Source of the DNA: Stegostoma tigrinum
Lineage: Eukaryota
Length of the DNA: 64,000 bases
Reading direction: 5' to 3'
Assembly: GCF_030684315.1 (NCBI RefSeq)
Contig: NC_081396.1
Coordinates: 6,138,001 to 6,202,000, forward strand
Within the stretch, counting starts at the first letter, position 1. Every line of letters starts with the position of its first letter. Positions 48,540-61,769 of the stretch are shown piece by piece. A program made the translations under genes and the position numbers. Under the pieces are notes generated by a model. The model was not told where the DNA came from. It was given only the letters and a program-made list of their open reading frames with translations, and searched no databases.

Positions 48540-49370
48540 GTTCACGACATTCAGTCTGCAAAGCCATGACTCCCGCTGAGTTTGTAAATTGTCACAGTCT
48601 GAGCAGTGAAATCCTCTCTCTCACTCTCTCTCTCTCTTTGCAGTCGTGAGGCTATACCTGGTGTATCTGTGTACAATCTCCTTACTTGAGAAGGGATGTA
48701 CTGACACTGGGGCGGGGGGGGGGGGTGCAGGGGAAGCTCATGATTATGGAGTTGTGAGGGTTGGCTTACGTGGAGAGAGTGAGTAGATTGGGACTTGTTT
48801 GGAATTTAGAAGAATGGGGGGAATCTTAAAGGAACTTATAAAATTATGAAGGGAATAGGTAAGAGAGAAGCAGGGATATTGTTTCCACTGGGGGGGGGCG
48901 GTGAAACTAGAACAAGGGGGCATAGCCTCAAAATAAGGGAGGAGCAGATGTAGGAATGAGTTGAGGAGGAACTTCTTCACCCAAAGGGTTTGGAATCGGT
49001 GCCCAATGAAGCAGTTGAGGCTACCTGGTTGAATGTTTTTAAGGCAGAGCAAGATTTTTGAACAGTAAAGGAATTAAGGGTGATGGCAGGTAAGTGGAGC
49101 TGAGTCCATGAAAAAGATCAGCCATGATTTCATTGAATGGTTGAGCAGGCTCGAGGGGCCAGATGGCCTCCTCCTGCTCCCTTGTGTGTGAGCTCGCTGG
49201 TGTGTTTGGGAGCTGGATGACCGAGTGAATCCCTTTCCCACACGTGGAGCGGGGGGATGGCCTGTCCCGGTGCACATGGGGCAGTGAGTTTCCAGCTCAA
49301 TGAATCCCTTCCCACAGGTCCACGGTTTCTCCCCGGCACCCGTGTCTCAGAGGCCAGATGACCTGCTGAA
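48540..49370 (-). pseudogene. Decayed zinc-finger remnant split by a CR1 insertion
   Basis: Minus strand reads GGGGAGAAACCGTGG...TGTGGGAAGGGATTC...ACGTGTGGGAAAGGGATTCACTCGGTCATCCAGC; paralogous to 29100-29720. Confidence 0.7.
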
Positions 49371-52300
49371 ATCTTGTTCATTCATTAGCATTGACTGGCT
49401 TGGCCCTTGACTGGGCCAGGGCAGGCGCAATGGGTCAAATAGCTCCCGTTTGTGCTGCAATATAAGATTCGAGAGCAGTCTAATAACTCATCGTAGAGCA
49501 GAGGAAATAGCCAATCAGCCCACTGTACCTATACTGCCTCTGCTAATTTGTCCTGAAAAATCCTCCCTTATTGAGGAATAGTTCACGTCACTATTGGATC
49601 TGATTTCACCAGTGTCCCCCATATCGTGAGAACTCTCTGAGTAAAAACCCTCATCCCCTCATCTTCACCCTGGATTTTTTATTTGTTGATTATTTTACAG
49701 CCCTCTGCTTTCTAACCTTCTGGCCAGTGTGATTAATTTATCTCTACGTAGATGAAAGCTCCTTAAAAATAATTCAACATCACTATTAAATCACTCCCTC
49801 ACTTTTATTGCTCCAAGGAGAACTGTATTGTCAGGCTGAAAGGAGCTAATGGGTTCTTCCGGGTCTGATCAAAATGATATGATTAGAAGAATGCATTTTC
49901 ACTTTGCTATGAAGTGACTGTATTAGTTTAACATATATTAGTGACATTCAGGGCAATAGAGTGGCTCAGTGGTGTGCACTGCTACCTCATAGTGCCAGGG
50001 ACTTGGGTTTGATCCCACCCTCGGGCGACTGTCGGTCTGTGTGGAGACTGCATGTTCTCCAAGTGGCCTGCGTGGGTTTCCTCCCACAGTCCAAAGACGT
50101 GCAGGTTGGCCGTGCTAAATTGTCCCGTAAGTGTCCAGGGATGTGCAGGCTGGGTGGGTTGGTGATGGGAAATGCGGGGTTACAGGGATGGGGTGGGTCT
50201 GGTTGGAATGCTTTTCAGAGGATCGGTGGGCCAAATAGCCTGCTTCCGTACTGTGAGGATTCTAGACCAATGCTAATGAATGAATCTATGAACTTAAACT
50301 CCTTTAGACATGTTGAACGATGAGTCTCCCTGCCTCCTGCCCATCAGGATGTCAGGCCGGGGAACTCAGGGTTCCTGGCACCATCTGTGATCTCAGGCCA
50401 ATGAATGAGGCAAAGTCCCTGATATTAATACTATTCTGAATCTACTATACCGCAGCTGTATCACCAGTTTGTGGCACTTCCTCAGACCTTCCATTTGGCA
50501 GAAAACGCTATCCAGATGGCCCCCTGTTAACTACATAGAAGAATGGTTCCCACAGCCAAGTCAGTGTCACATGTCAGTCAAAACAGGCTGTTTTTGCTTC
50601 AGGCATTTTTAAAATGTACTTTTCCACATTTATATTTCAATTGCTGACTTCTGAAGTGGTGCATGTAGGTACAGTTCAAAATACATTTGCCTAAGTACAT
50701 GAGTAGGAAAGGTTTGGAGGGCAGGAGCGGGCAGGTATGACTGGTTCAGTTTGGGATTATGTTCGACACGGACTGGTAGGGCCGAAGGGCCTGTGTCCCT
50801 GCTGTGTGACTCTATGTCCACTTAATCATTAACGATGAACCCTTTAATGGTCTGGTTTGAAGACATCATGTTTTTAACCTACAAACCCAGCCTCTCCACT
50901 GAACTGAAAACCCGCATCCCTGACACTATTCTGGGAAAATGTCTCTGCAACCTCTGGGACTCTCCTAGGCTGCGGTTGTCAGTACTGAGAGACAGAATTT
51001 CAGCTGAGTCTGAACTGGTGATTGAGAAAGATTCAGCATCAGTTCCTCGCTCTTCCACTCTGTGCTTCCACTGAGAAAGCCAAAGACGCCCATCAGATTT
51101 TTTTTTTCAAACTGTGTGAACAACTTGTCACATAGAGACATACAGCATGAAAACAGGCCTATGGACCAACTCATCCATGCCTATCAGGTTTCCTAAACTG
51201 AACTAACCCCATTTGCCTGCATTTGGCTGATATCCCTCTAAACCTTTCTATCCACATATGTGTCCACATGTCTTTCAAGTATTGTAACTGTACTCACCTC
51301 TACCACTTCTTCAGGCAGCTTGTTCCCATACACACACCATGCTCAGCATTAAAAAGTTGCCCCTCAGGTCCCTTTTAAATCTTTCCCCTCTCACTTTAAA
51401 CCTATGCCCCTCTAGGTTTGGACTCCCCTACCCTGGAGAAAAAGACCTCACCCATTCACCTTATCTGTGCCTCTCATGATTTTATAAATCTCTAAAAGGT
51501 CACCCCTCAGCCTACTATACTCCGGGAAGGAACGTCCCAGCCTCTCCTTCTAACTCAAACCCTTCCATCTCAGTCACATCCCGGTAAATCTGTTTTTGCA
51601 CCACTTCCAGTTGAATAACATTCTTCCGATAGCGGGGTGACCAGAATTGTACTGCAAATGTGGTATTACTATTGTCCTGTACAGCTGTAACATTGTGTCC
51701 CAAGTCCAATACACAACGCTGTGACTGATGACTGCAACCCCTTCTTCACCAACCCATCTACCTGTGACGCCACTTTCAAGGAAACATGTACCTGTACCAC
51801 TAGTTCTTTCTGTTAACTTTGTCTATTTACACTCCATCACTCAGTTTAAAATTGGACCATTTAGTTTGCTGTATCTCTCCTCATTGCTCCTTCTAAACTC
51901 CATCATTGACTGTGAACCACTTTGGGATGTTCTGAAAGTGTGAAAGAACACAAGAACTTTGTCTAAAATCGTGGATTTTCCACCAAAGATTAAATCGATA
52001 TCAAAGTTCAAGTATTCAAAGAAACAACTTCCATTGGGAATCAATGAATGAAGAAGAGAGATCCCAGGCAGCGGTTCTTCAACGTCATAAAATCATAAGG
52101 GAATCTCCCAACCACAGCCACACGTTTGTGACCTGGGCCCTGTTTTGTTTGTAATTTAGATAAATGACTTAGACAAGAATATCGAAGGCTTGTTCAGTAA
52201 GTTTGCGGATGACACCAAGATTGGTGATATAGTGGACAGTGAAGAAGGGTTATCGAAGATTACAAAGGGGTCTTGCTCAACTGGGTCAATGAGCTGGGGA

Positions 52301-52586
52301 GGGGCAGGTGGAGTTTAATTTGGATAAATGTGAGGCATTGCACTTTGCTAAAACAAACAGGGGCAGGCCTTACACAATTAAAAGTACGGTTTCGGGCAGT
52401 ATTGTGGAACAGAGAGACCTAAGGGTTCAGGTGCATAATTCTTTAAAGTTCGTGTCACGTGTAGATGTGGTGGTTAAGAATGTGTTTAGCACTCTTGTGT
52501 TAGAGAATATTAAAAAAACAAATTACTTGACACAAAGCAAATTTGTCTGACCTTTTATTAACATTGAAAACCGAGCTGGGGGAGGG

Positions 52587-52971
52587 TCACAAACAACAGT
52601 GGGCCTTGTCGTGGGTGCGAGTGACAGCAAAGCCCCGGGTCCTGGCAGGTCCCTTGTGGGCCCGCTGGTGTGTCAGCAGGTAACAGGTCCGGGTGAAGCC
52701 CCTGCCGCACTCGGCACAGGTGAATGGCCTCTCCCCGGTGTGGACCCGCCCGTGGGTGGTCAAGTGAGACGACTGCCGGAAGCCCTTGCCGCAGCGGGAG
52801 CACCGGAACGGCCTCTCGTCGGTGTGGGCCCACTGGTGGAGGATCAGCTCGCCGGGGCTCTTGTAGCTCTTGCCACACTGAGGCTACAGGGTGTGGCTTG
52901 CTGTTGTAGAAACTCCTCTGATGGCCATCAGGTCAGGGAACCTGCTACCCAACCCGGACCCTGGCAAGAAC
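52587..52971 (-). pseudogene. Disrupted zinc-finger terminal exon (2 complete fingers + 1 lacking its first Cys)
   Basis: The frame not shown in the ORF track reads [76 protein letters not shown]. An in-frame TAG precedes it. Acceptor CTCTCACAG at 52972; AATAAA at about 52554-52559. Confidence 0.75.
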
Positions 52972-52974
52972 CTG

Positions 52975-53600
52975 TGAGAGACAGAGAGAGAGAGAGAGAG
53001 AGGGGGGGTGAGGGAGAGAGAGGGGTGAGGGGACAGTGAGAGTCAGAGGGAGAAAGAGTTTGAGAGAGACAGAGACAGATGGGAGGGAAGGAGGAGGCGG
53101 GGGAAGCTAGCTAAGGGGAGGGGAGAGATGGACCATTGAAAGAGGGAAGCTGACAGAGAGAGAGAGAGAGATGGTGAGGGGGGATGAAGGAGGAAGACAG
53201 AGAGATGGGGTCGGGGGGGGGGCGAACAGGGAGTGAGGGAAGAGGGCAGGAATGGAGAGAGGTGAGAGAGGAGAAGGCAGGGAGGGGAGGTAGGGAATGA
53301 GCCAGAGGAGGGACGGATTGGAGGAAAGAGGGAAGGAGATGGAGAGGGGAGGAAGAGAAAGAGAAAAAGATGGTGCGGGTAGGGAGGGAAAGAGAGGGGA
53401 AGAAAGAGAGGGGGGAATAAGAAAGAGAGAAGGAAGGGAAAGACAGAGAGAACAGGGAGTGGAATGAGGAAAACAGAGAGGGGAAGGGATGGAAGGAGAG
53501 AGAAGAGAAAGAGAGACAGGAAAGGGGGAGGGAGGGAAAAGGGGGGGAGTGTAACAGTGGGGACGGAGACAAAGAGAGAGGGAAGACAGAGGTGGGAGAA
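52975..53600. repeat. About 620-bp purine-rich (GA) low-complexity tract
   Basis: Nearly pure A/G on the plus strand, including (GA)n runs. Confidence 0.95.
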
Positions 53601-56130
53601 ACAGCTGCGATGAGGAGTCAGGGTCCTCGTACCGAAAATCAACCCCAAAATTTCCACACCCTCAACATCGAGCTGTGAGCGGGATTGGGGAGCAGGAATA
53701 CGTGAGCACCATGGGCTCTGATGTCCCCCCGCCCCCACACCCCCTCCACCCCTCACACTCCATCCTGACTGGACTCACACCCGGAAAATTCTTCTGATTC
53801 AGTACTGGGATGAAGAACAGGTCCGACATACCTTCAATCCTATCTCCAATCCCGAAGAACTGACTGCATCCTTCTCCCTGGCCACTCTCTCCCACTCAAC
53901 CTGACTGTTCACAACCCTGCAGTCATGTTTCACCCCAAAAATGTACAATAGAGTAACAGGATCTGCAGAGAGTAGCGCTATAGAACAGAGAGGCCCAGGT
54001 ACAAAATTATTTGAAGTTTGTGTCACATATAGACAGGCAGGGGGTGGGGGTGGGGTTGGTTAAGAGGGTGTTTAGCACGCTTGCCTTTGTTGATCAGACC
54101 TTTTGAGTTTAGGAGTTGGGATGTCATGTTGAGGTTGTGCATGACATTGGTGAGACCTGTTCTGGAGGACTGTACCCGGTTCCGGTTGTCCTGCTGTAGG
54201 AAGGATATGATTAAGCTGGAGAGGGTTCAGAAGAGATTTACCAGGATGTTGCTGGGCACGGTGGATTTGAGTTATAAGGAGAGGCTGCGACTTTTTCCTC
54301 GGGAGCGTGGGAGGGGTGACCTTATAGATGTTAATAAAATCATGAGGGGCACAGCTAAGGTGAATAGCCAGTTTCTTTTCAAAACTAGGGGCATATTGTT
54401 AAGGTGAGAGGAGAAAGATTTACAAAAGCGGGGCAATTACTATTTTACACAGAAAGTGGTTCGACTGTGAAATGAACAGCCAGAGGAAGTGGCAAATACA
54501 GGTACAATGACAACATTTAAAAGCATTTGGACAAGTACATGGATAGGGCAGGTCTGGAGGGAAATGGGCCCAGCAGCAGCCGGCAAGCACGTAGGACTGG
54601 TTTAGTTTGGGGATTATGGTCGGCGTGGACTAGTGATACTGAAGGGTCTGTTTCCGTGCTGTGTGCCTCTGTAAGTACTCGTGTCTAAAACTGGGGCGGC
54701 ACGGTGGCTCAGTGGTTAGCACTTCAGCCTCACAGTGCCAGGGACCCGGGTTCGATTCCAGCCTCGGACGACTGTCTGTGCGGAGTTTGCACATTCTGCC
54801 CGTGTCTGCGTGGGTTTCCTCCAGGTGCTCCGGTTTCCTCCCACAGAGCAAAGATGTGCAGGCTAGGTGGATTGGCTATGCTAAATTGCCCATAGTGTTC
54901 AGGGGTGTGTGGCTTATAGGGAGATGGGTCTGGGTGGGATGGTCCAAGAGGCGGTGTGGACTTGTTGGGCCGAAGGGCCTGTTTCCACACTCTGGGGAAT
55001 CTAACCTAAATTACATTGCATGGAGAGTATCTGATTAGTAAACTGAGCGGTCTTTTTGACGGTTGTGCATTGGAAATACCTGGGCCTGACTGGGTCACAA
55101 AGGACTTAGGATAAACCCAGTAATTCCTCCTCCATCTCCATTCCAGCATAGACTGATACGAAGTTGGGCACCTAAAGGTGAAAAGAAAATTGGGGGGTGG
55201 GGGGAAGGGAGGGAAGTGCTGGTGGGGGACCAGCTGGTTTGCATTTGCAGACAGTCAACGGTGAAACAACAGCATTTGGAAGATCGCGAGCAGCAGCTTT
55301 GAGCCCTGTACTTAAGGGAGGGTGTGCTGGGCTTGGAAGGTGTCCAGAGGAGATTCACAAGAGCGATCCTAGGCTTGTCATAAGAGGAGCAGTTGAGGAC
55401 TTGGGGCTTGTACTGGATGGAGTTTCAAAGGGTCTCGGTTGAAACCTCTCGCCCTGGATAGAGTGGACGGGGAGTAGATGTTTCCACCAGTAAGAGAGAC
55501 CGAGGGCACAGCCTCAGAGTGAAGGGACAACTGAGATGAGGAGGAATTTCTACAGCCAGAGGGTGGTGAATCTGTGGAACTCATTGCCGTAGAGGGCTGT
55601 GGAGGCCAAGTCATTGAGTGTATTTAAGACAGAGATGGACAAGGTTCTTGATTGGTAAAAGGATCAAGAGTTATGGGGAGAAGACAGAATGGCGTTGGGA
55701 TCGAATGGCGGAGCAGACTCGATGGGCTGACTGGCCGAATTCTGCTCCCTGTATCTGATAAATGCCACCCCCTCTCTGTAGCGCAATCACTCAATGGCAA
55801 CAGGTATGAGAATCCGAACCAGGGCCCAACTTCTGTAACAAACCCACACTATGACACAAATCAGTTCTTCATCAATCCATCTGGGTTTAGTTCTGTGAAC
55901 AGTGAGAGAACGAAAGCCAAATACAGTGGTCGCTGGGCATCTGAAATGAAAAGAGCAAGCTCTGGGGACACTCAGCACCTTAGGCTGTTAACCAGAAAGC
56001 GACAAGAGAGTTGACATCTCGACGTGAGCAGAATTAATTACAATTAGGCTTGTTTTCCTTCCTGTATGGGTACTGTGAGCTCAGAAGTGGAAGAGAAACG
56101 CTCTCTAATGCAGGAAGAAGCAATTCCTCG

Positions 56131-58340
56131 TGTCACGACACTGTGTCTTTAAGGGGTTATTTTGTCCTTTTTTTTGAAAGAGAGGCTTTAAGACTGAGGT
56201 GGGCAGCTATCTACTTAGAAAGCCAGTAAAATAAGCGGCTTATGAGGCCTTGTTTTTTCAGAAGTTTGCAACAATAGAAGCAGCCTGGCTGGATGTGGCC
56301 AGTTCTCACAGACCAGGATTCCTAGTTATTTTTTATTTTTAGCCTTAGTTTTAAGAATTGTTGTTGCAGTCTCAATCGGGCATAAATTGCTGTAATTTTG
56401 AAGGAGTAGAAGCTATCTCTCTCTTTCAGTTACAGCTCGAAGCTGGGGATTCTCTCTGCTGCTGGATTGCCTGTGAGACAAACCTATTTTTCTGAATTTA
56501 CCTTTTTGGCAAGGGGTGTGCATGGGAGATGTTACTGCAATGGAACAGCTAATTAGTAATAGGTGCTGTATCCTAGACACGCCTGTTCCCTCCATCACTG
56601 CTTCAGATGTCAGATCAGCCTTCCTGGGAGTTGACCCAAGGAACGTGATGGGGCCAGATGGTGTCCCTAGCTAAGCACTCAGATCCTGTGTGGACCAGCT
56701 GGTGGAGGTCTTCACCATCATCCTCGAGCACTCCCTCCTACAAGCCAAAGTCCCTACCTGCTTCAAGAAGACCACCGTCATCCCCATACCCAAGAAAGCA
56801 CATGCAGTGTGCCTTAATGAGTACCGCCCAGTGGCTCTGGCCTCGATAATCATGAAGTGCTTCGAGAGGTTGGTCATGGCCCACATCAACTCCAGTCTCC
56901 CAGCCTGCCTCGATGCCTTACAATTTGCCTACCGCTGTAACAGGTCCACAGAGGATGCCCTATCCCTAGGCTTGCACTCATCCCTGGAACATCTAGACAT
57001 CAGAGACACCCATGTCAGACTCCTGCTTGGTGACTACAGCTCCACGTTCAACACCACTATCCCCTTCAGATCTGTCTCAAAACTCTGTAACCTTGGTCTC
57101 GCTGCGCCCTCTGCAACCGCATCCTCAGCTTTCTGAGCCACAGGCCGCAATCACAGAGGATAGGTAACTGCACCTCCTCCATAATAACACTCAACACTCG
57201 AACTCCCTGAGGATGCATCCTCAGCCCCCTACTGTACTTCCCTTTATACCTAAGACTGTGTTACCAAATTCTGAACAAACGCCATCCAGCATTTCGCTGG
57301 CGACATCGCAGTAGTGGGACAGATATCTAACAACGACGAGACAAAATACAGAAGGGAGATAGAGGGCTTGGTGATGCGGTGCAGTGAAAAGAATCTCTCT
57401 CTCAACGTCGGCAAAACTAAAGAACTGATCATTGACTTTAGAAAGAGCGGAGGAGAACACGCCCCCACCTACATCAAGGGAGCTAAGGATGAGAGATTTG
57501 AACAGCATCAAGCTCCTCGGACTGACCTGTCTTGGACTTCCCACGTAGATGCGACAGTCAAGAAGTCACAACAACATCTCTTCTTCCTCGGGCAGTTCAG
57601 GAAATTTGGCCTGTCCATTAGGTCCCCCACCAACTTCTGCAGATGCAACACTGAAAGCACACTGTCCGGGTGCATAACTGCTCTGCCCAGGGCTACAGAA
57701 GAAACCACAGAAGGTGGTGTGCACAGCCCAGACCATCGCGTAAGACAACCGCCCATCCACGGACTCCATTTACATCACCTGCCGCTGTGGAGAGCGCTGC
57801 CAACATCTCCGAACACCCCGGTAATGATTGCCTACAACCTCCTCCATCAGGCAGAAGATACAGAAGCCTGAAGACACACACGAGCAGGCTCAGGAACAGC
57901 TTCTTCCCGGCCACTATCAGATTGATGAATGGACTCTCCAGCCTCAAATGGTGCTGACCTCACTAACATTAATCGTGCCTCACGCATACTCTGTGCAATG
58001 TAACCTGTATGCCTCTGTCTGAATCGTTTTGATCCGCACTTCCTTTGCTTAGTATGATCTGCCTGGACCGCTCGTAAACCAATTTTTTTCACTTTACAAT
58101 TAATCAATCAATCACTCGATTATTCTGTTCAGTTTTCCACAAGAATTAAGTTGCCTTAAGTTCTTCTTTCTTTGGTTGTGTTTTAACTGCAGTGTTTGAA
58201 TAAATGGGTGTTTGACTTAATGTCGGGCAGTTTGCCCAGTTAAGTTGCATGTGGAACTTCACATTTGCCTTTAAAATAAAAAGTTAGGGGTCTAACCTAC
58301 CTTCTTAAATGTTCTGAGGGGGCTTGGCCTGCCCCATAAC
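56131..58340 (+). mobile_element. LTR-like element interrupted by a Rex1/Babar LINE; a related 5' end lies at 62586-62730
   Basis: TGTCACGACACTGTGTCTTTAAG resembles TGTAACGATACTGTGGCTTTAAG (62586); both share AGAAGCAGCCTG; AATAAA near the 3' end. Confidence 0.5.
56570..58095 (+). mobile_element. Rex1/Babar-clade non-LTR retrotransposon, decayed RT
   Basis: PTCFKKTTVIPIPKK...LNEYRPVALASIIMKCFERLV...LQFAYR...DYSSTFNT; LSLNVGKTKELIIDFRK; RLRNSFFPATIRL. Confidence 0.9.
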
Positions 58341-58663
58341 TCGGACCCTGGGAAGACTGCAGCTGGAACATCAACACCGAGGCCTGTTGCCCTTCGGCCC
58401 ACTGAATCTGTACAAGCACCTGGCATTTCTAATCCCAATTACCTGCACTCAGCCGACAGCCTTGCAACGGCAAGGGCTCATATAAACACTTAAGAAGCAG
58501 CACAACTCCAGTTGGAAGCTTCATTTCGATGCGGTGGCAGAAGTTACAGTAAAATCTCAAACATTATCAAAGCCAGAGAGGTGATCACGGAGGGGTGAGA
58601 TGAAACAGAGCGCGGGATGGGTGTGGACCAGATCCCCAGCACAGGAGCTTCGCCGACTCCAAA

Positions 58664-59307
58664 TGTGGAAGAAAAATTTTACATCGCAAGGGTAGATGGG
58701 AATTTAGGCCAAGACGGAAAAGGCCGCCATGGGAGAAACTGATAGCCTAGAGAAAGAATTTTAATTAGTTAGCATGTGGGATTTTGATGAGCTTAGCAGA
58801 AGTCGGGAGGTAGTTACTCAGACTGTGTTATCACTGTATGCATATTATCTTAGCTAGAGTTAGAGATGGATTTTTTGACATATTGTCACTATACTAAGGT
58901 TTTAGGCTGAATTAGAGATGTCCCTTGTATCCCTGAGGAGCCTAGTTACTGATAAGCTAGAGCTTCAATCAAACTGTATATCATTCCCTATGCTAGCTGC
59001 ATGCCGAAGGTCATTTGAAAAAGTAATTATTAGGGTATCTGTAAGACAGCATTCCTGTTACCTCGGGCAGTCTCTGTTTTCTTTAAACTTACAATGAATG
59101 AATCAACTAACACAAGATGTCACAGGAACACTCTGCTCTGAAGATAATGATAGAAAGGAGATTGTTATGCTCTGTGTGGAGTGAATCGGGTGTCGGTGGA
59201 GATCGACACTCACTCTCCTTGGCACCAAGTAAGAAAACAAACTGCTTCGAACAGGAGCTGGAGTCAAGGCTCGTTGTTAGTTAAGTAGAAATAATAAAAG
59301 TTTCTAC
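58664..59307 (+). mobile_element. Possible solo LTR
   Basis: About 640-bp non-coding block bounded by TGT...ACA with AATAAA near the end; no TSD recognised. Confidence 0.3.
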
Positions 59308-59539
59308 AAGACCAAGTCACAGAACTAGAACACAGATCACAAAACTCTAAACTGCAGAAGAATCCTCCATAATACTCACCCCTGAAATAATTTCATTTCC
59401 AAATTTAAAATCTCCTGCTGGTGCCTGTGGTTGGAACGGTGTCAGGAGTACAGCAGTCAGAGAAATGTCTAGTTCCCTGCAAAAGGAATTTGCAAAGTTT
59501 CAGTCGAGGTTAAAAAAAATCAGAAGAGACAAACCTTAC

Positions 59540-59582
59540 TGTCGGTTTGCGTTTGCTGTGAGGAGATCCTCTGCTTCGCATG
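59540..59582 (-). other. Putative 43-nt ZNF leader exon on the minus strand
   Basis: TTTTGCAAAGTCGCTTCACACAG|CATGCGAAGCAGAGGATCTCCTCACAGCAAACGCAAACCGACA|GTAAGG matches the leader-exon motif. Confidence 0.5.
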
Positions 59583-60819
59583 CTGTGTGAAGCGACTTTG
59601 CAAAACGCATCACTGCCAGTTTAGGGTAGAAATTCCCAACATTCTCTCTCCTGTTTCATGGTTTGAGATTCCTTAAGCAGTATCGGAAGCAGTTCAATTA
59701 AGGTTCATTCTTGGAACGAAGGGCTTTGTCCAGTCAACAAAGTTTTAAAACTCTTTGGAGTTTAGAAGAATGTCAGGTGATTATCCTGAAATGTGTGTGA
59801 ATCTGAGGGGAATGACAGGTATCCAGGCACAGTATCTAAATAAAGAGGCCTGCCACTTAAGATTGAGATGAGGTGAAATTTCTTCTCTTGGAGGTTCATT
59901 AATCTTTGGAAGTCTCTCCCACAGGCAGCAGTGGTCATTTAACATATTTAAAGCCGAATTTTTATCTAGCCATGGTCTTAATCAATGGTAGAGTCATACA
60001 GTCAATCAATATGTAGATGGCCCTACTAGAGAAGGGGCAAAATGCGACCTCCTCTTGGGAAATAAGGCAGGGGAAGTGACTGAGGTGTAAGTGGGGGAAC
60101 CACTGATCATAATTCCATTAATTTTAAAATAGTTATGGAAAAGGATAGGTCAAGTCCATAAATTAAAGTTTTATATTTTTATAGTATTAGACAGGAACTT
60201 ATAATGTTGAATGGCGGAAGCTGTTCGCTGGTAAAGGGACATCGAGCAAGTGGGAAGTGAGATAGCGAGAGCATGTTCCAGTTAGTGTGAAAAGGAAGGC
60301 CGGCAGGAGTCGGAAACGCTGGATGGCTAGAGATGTTGAGTCATATAACAAAACAGGCCTATGGTAGGCACTGGCAACAGGGATTGAGTGAATCCCTTGA
60401 GGAGTGTAGTGGGTGTAGGAGTATATTTAAGAAAGAAATCACAAGGGCAAAAAGGGGGCATGAGAGATCTTTCTCAGATAAGGTAAAGAGAATCCAAACA
60501 GATTCTACAAGTATATTATGAGGCAAAAGAGTAACTAGGGGGATAATACGGCTCCTTAAACATTAATGAAGCTGTCTCTGTGTGGATCAACAGCAGATGG
60601 GTGAGATCCTAAATGAACATTTCTTGTCAGTATGTACAGTAGAGATAGACATGGAAGGGTAGGGTCTCCATCCATTCCTCACTAGGTTACTAACACCGTC
60701 TATCATGTGTGCTACACCAGGTCTGAGTTCGTGAACCCACCCTTCTTCATGTTGGGCAGTCAAAGATTAGAAACGTGGGGCTGTAGCGTTCAGCACCTCC
60801 TATAGGAGTTGAAACTACA

Positions 60820-61090
60820 TACACATGACACACAAGGTCCTTGAGAAGAACTCTCAATGCTGTTTCAGACAGATTCTCTGCATCAGCTGGAAGGAAAGGC
60901 GTGCAAACATCAGCACCCTCAGAGGAACCAAAAACCCCAGCTACAAGGCCATGATCATTGAAACCAACTCTGCTGGGCCAGCCACGTGCTGGGAATGTCC
61001 GACTTTGAAAGCAAATCTCGCTCACCCGGCTCAAGGACGGCCCTCGGATGAGAGGACAAAGGAAGCAATTCAAAGGCTCCCCTCGAGAAA
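60820..61090 (+). mobile_element. RTE-clade LINE fragment
   Basis: HKVLEKNSQCCFRQILCISWKER. Confidence 0.6.
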
Positions 61091-61499
61091 TGCAACTGAG
61101 GGGTAACTTTTCCACGCGGGGGTGGTCCGTGTACAGAACGAGCTGCTAGAGAAAATGATGCAGGCTGGTACAATTACAGCATTTAAAGCGTTTACACAGA
61201 TGCGGGCCCCATGCTGGCGAACAGGACTGGATTCATTTAGAATATCTAGTTGGCACGGACAGGTCGGACCAAAGGTTCTGTTTCCATGCTGCACAGAGCT
61301 ACGACTCCGTATTTCACTCTTGGGCAACTATCTGTGCGGAGTTTGCACATTCTCCCTGGGTCTGCATGGGTTTCCTTCCACAGTCCAAAAAATGTGCAGC
61401 TTGGGCTGGATTGGCCGTGCTAAATTGGCCATAGTGTCCAGGGATGTTTAGGCTAAGTGGGTAAGACGTGGGAAATGCAGAGGTCAGGGAATGGGTGTG

Positions 61500-61722
61500 C
61501 AGATGATGTCAGAGGCAGGTTCTTTACGCACAGAGAGTTGTGAGAGCATGGAATGCGTTGCCAGCAGCAGTTGTGGAAGCAAGGTCATTGGGGTCATTTA
61601 AGAGACTGCTGGACATGTATATGGTCACAGAAATTTGAGGGTGCATACATGAGGATCAATGGTCGGCACAACATCGTGGGCTGAAGGGCCTGTTCTGTGC
61701 TGTACTGTTCTATGTTCTATGA
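61500..61722 (+). mobile_element. Young CR1 3' end
   Basis: Near-identical to the reverse of 37514-37700; tail (TTCTATG)n. Confidence 0.9.
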
Positions 61723-61769
61723 TATTGTCCCCAGCGCTAGGACCCAGTGGAGAAGTAAATCAAACCCCG

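Noticed and set aside
53043-53756. 237-aa Leu/Ser/Pro/Phe-rich hydrophobic ORF
   Set aside because: Translation of a CT/GA low-complexity tract.
54693-54770. tRNA-like sequence with A and B boxes (also at 7991 and others)
   Set aside because: It is the head of an HE1-type SINE, continuing directly into the SINE body and CR1-like tail.
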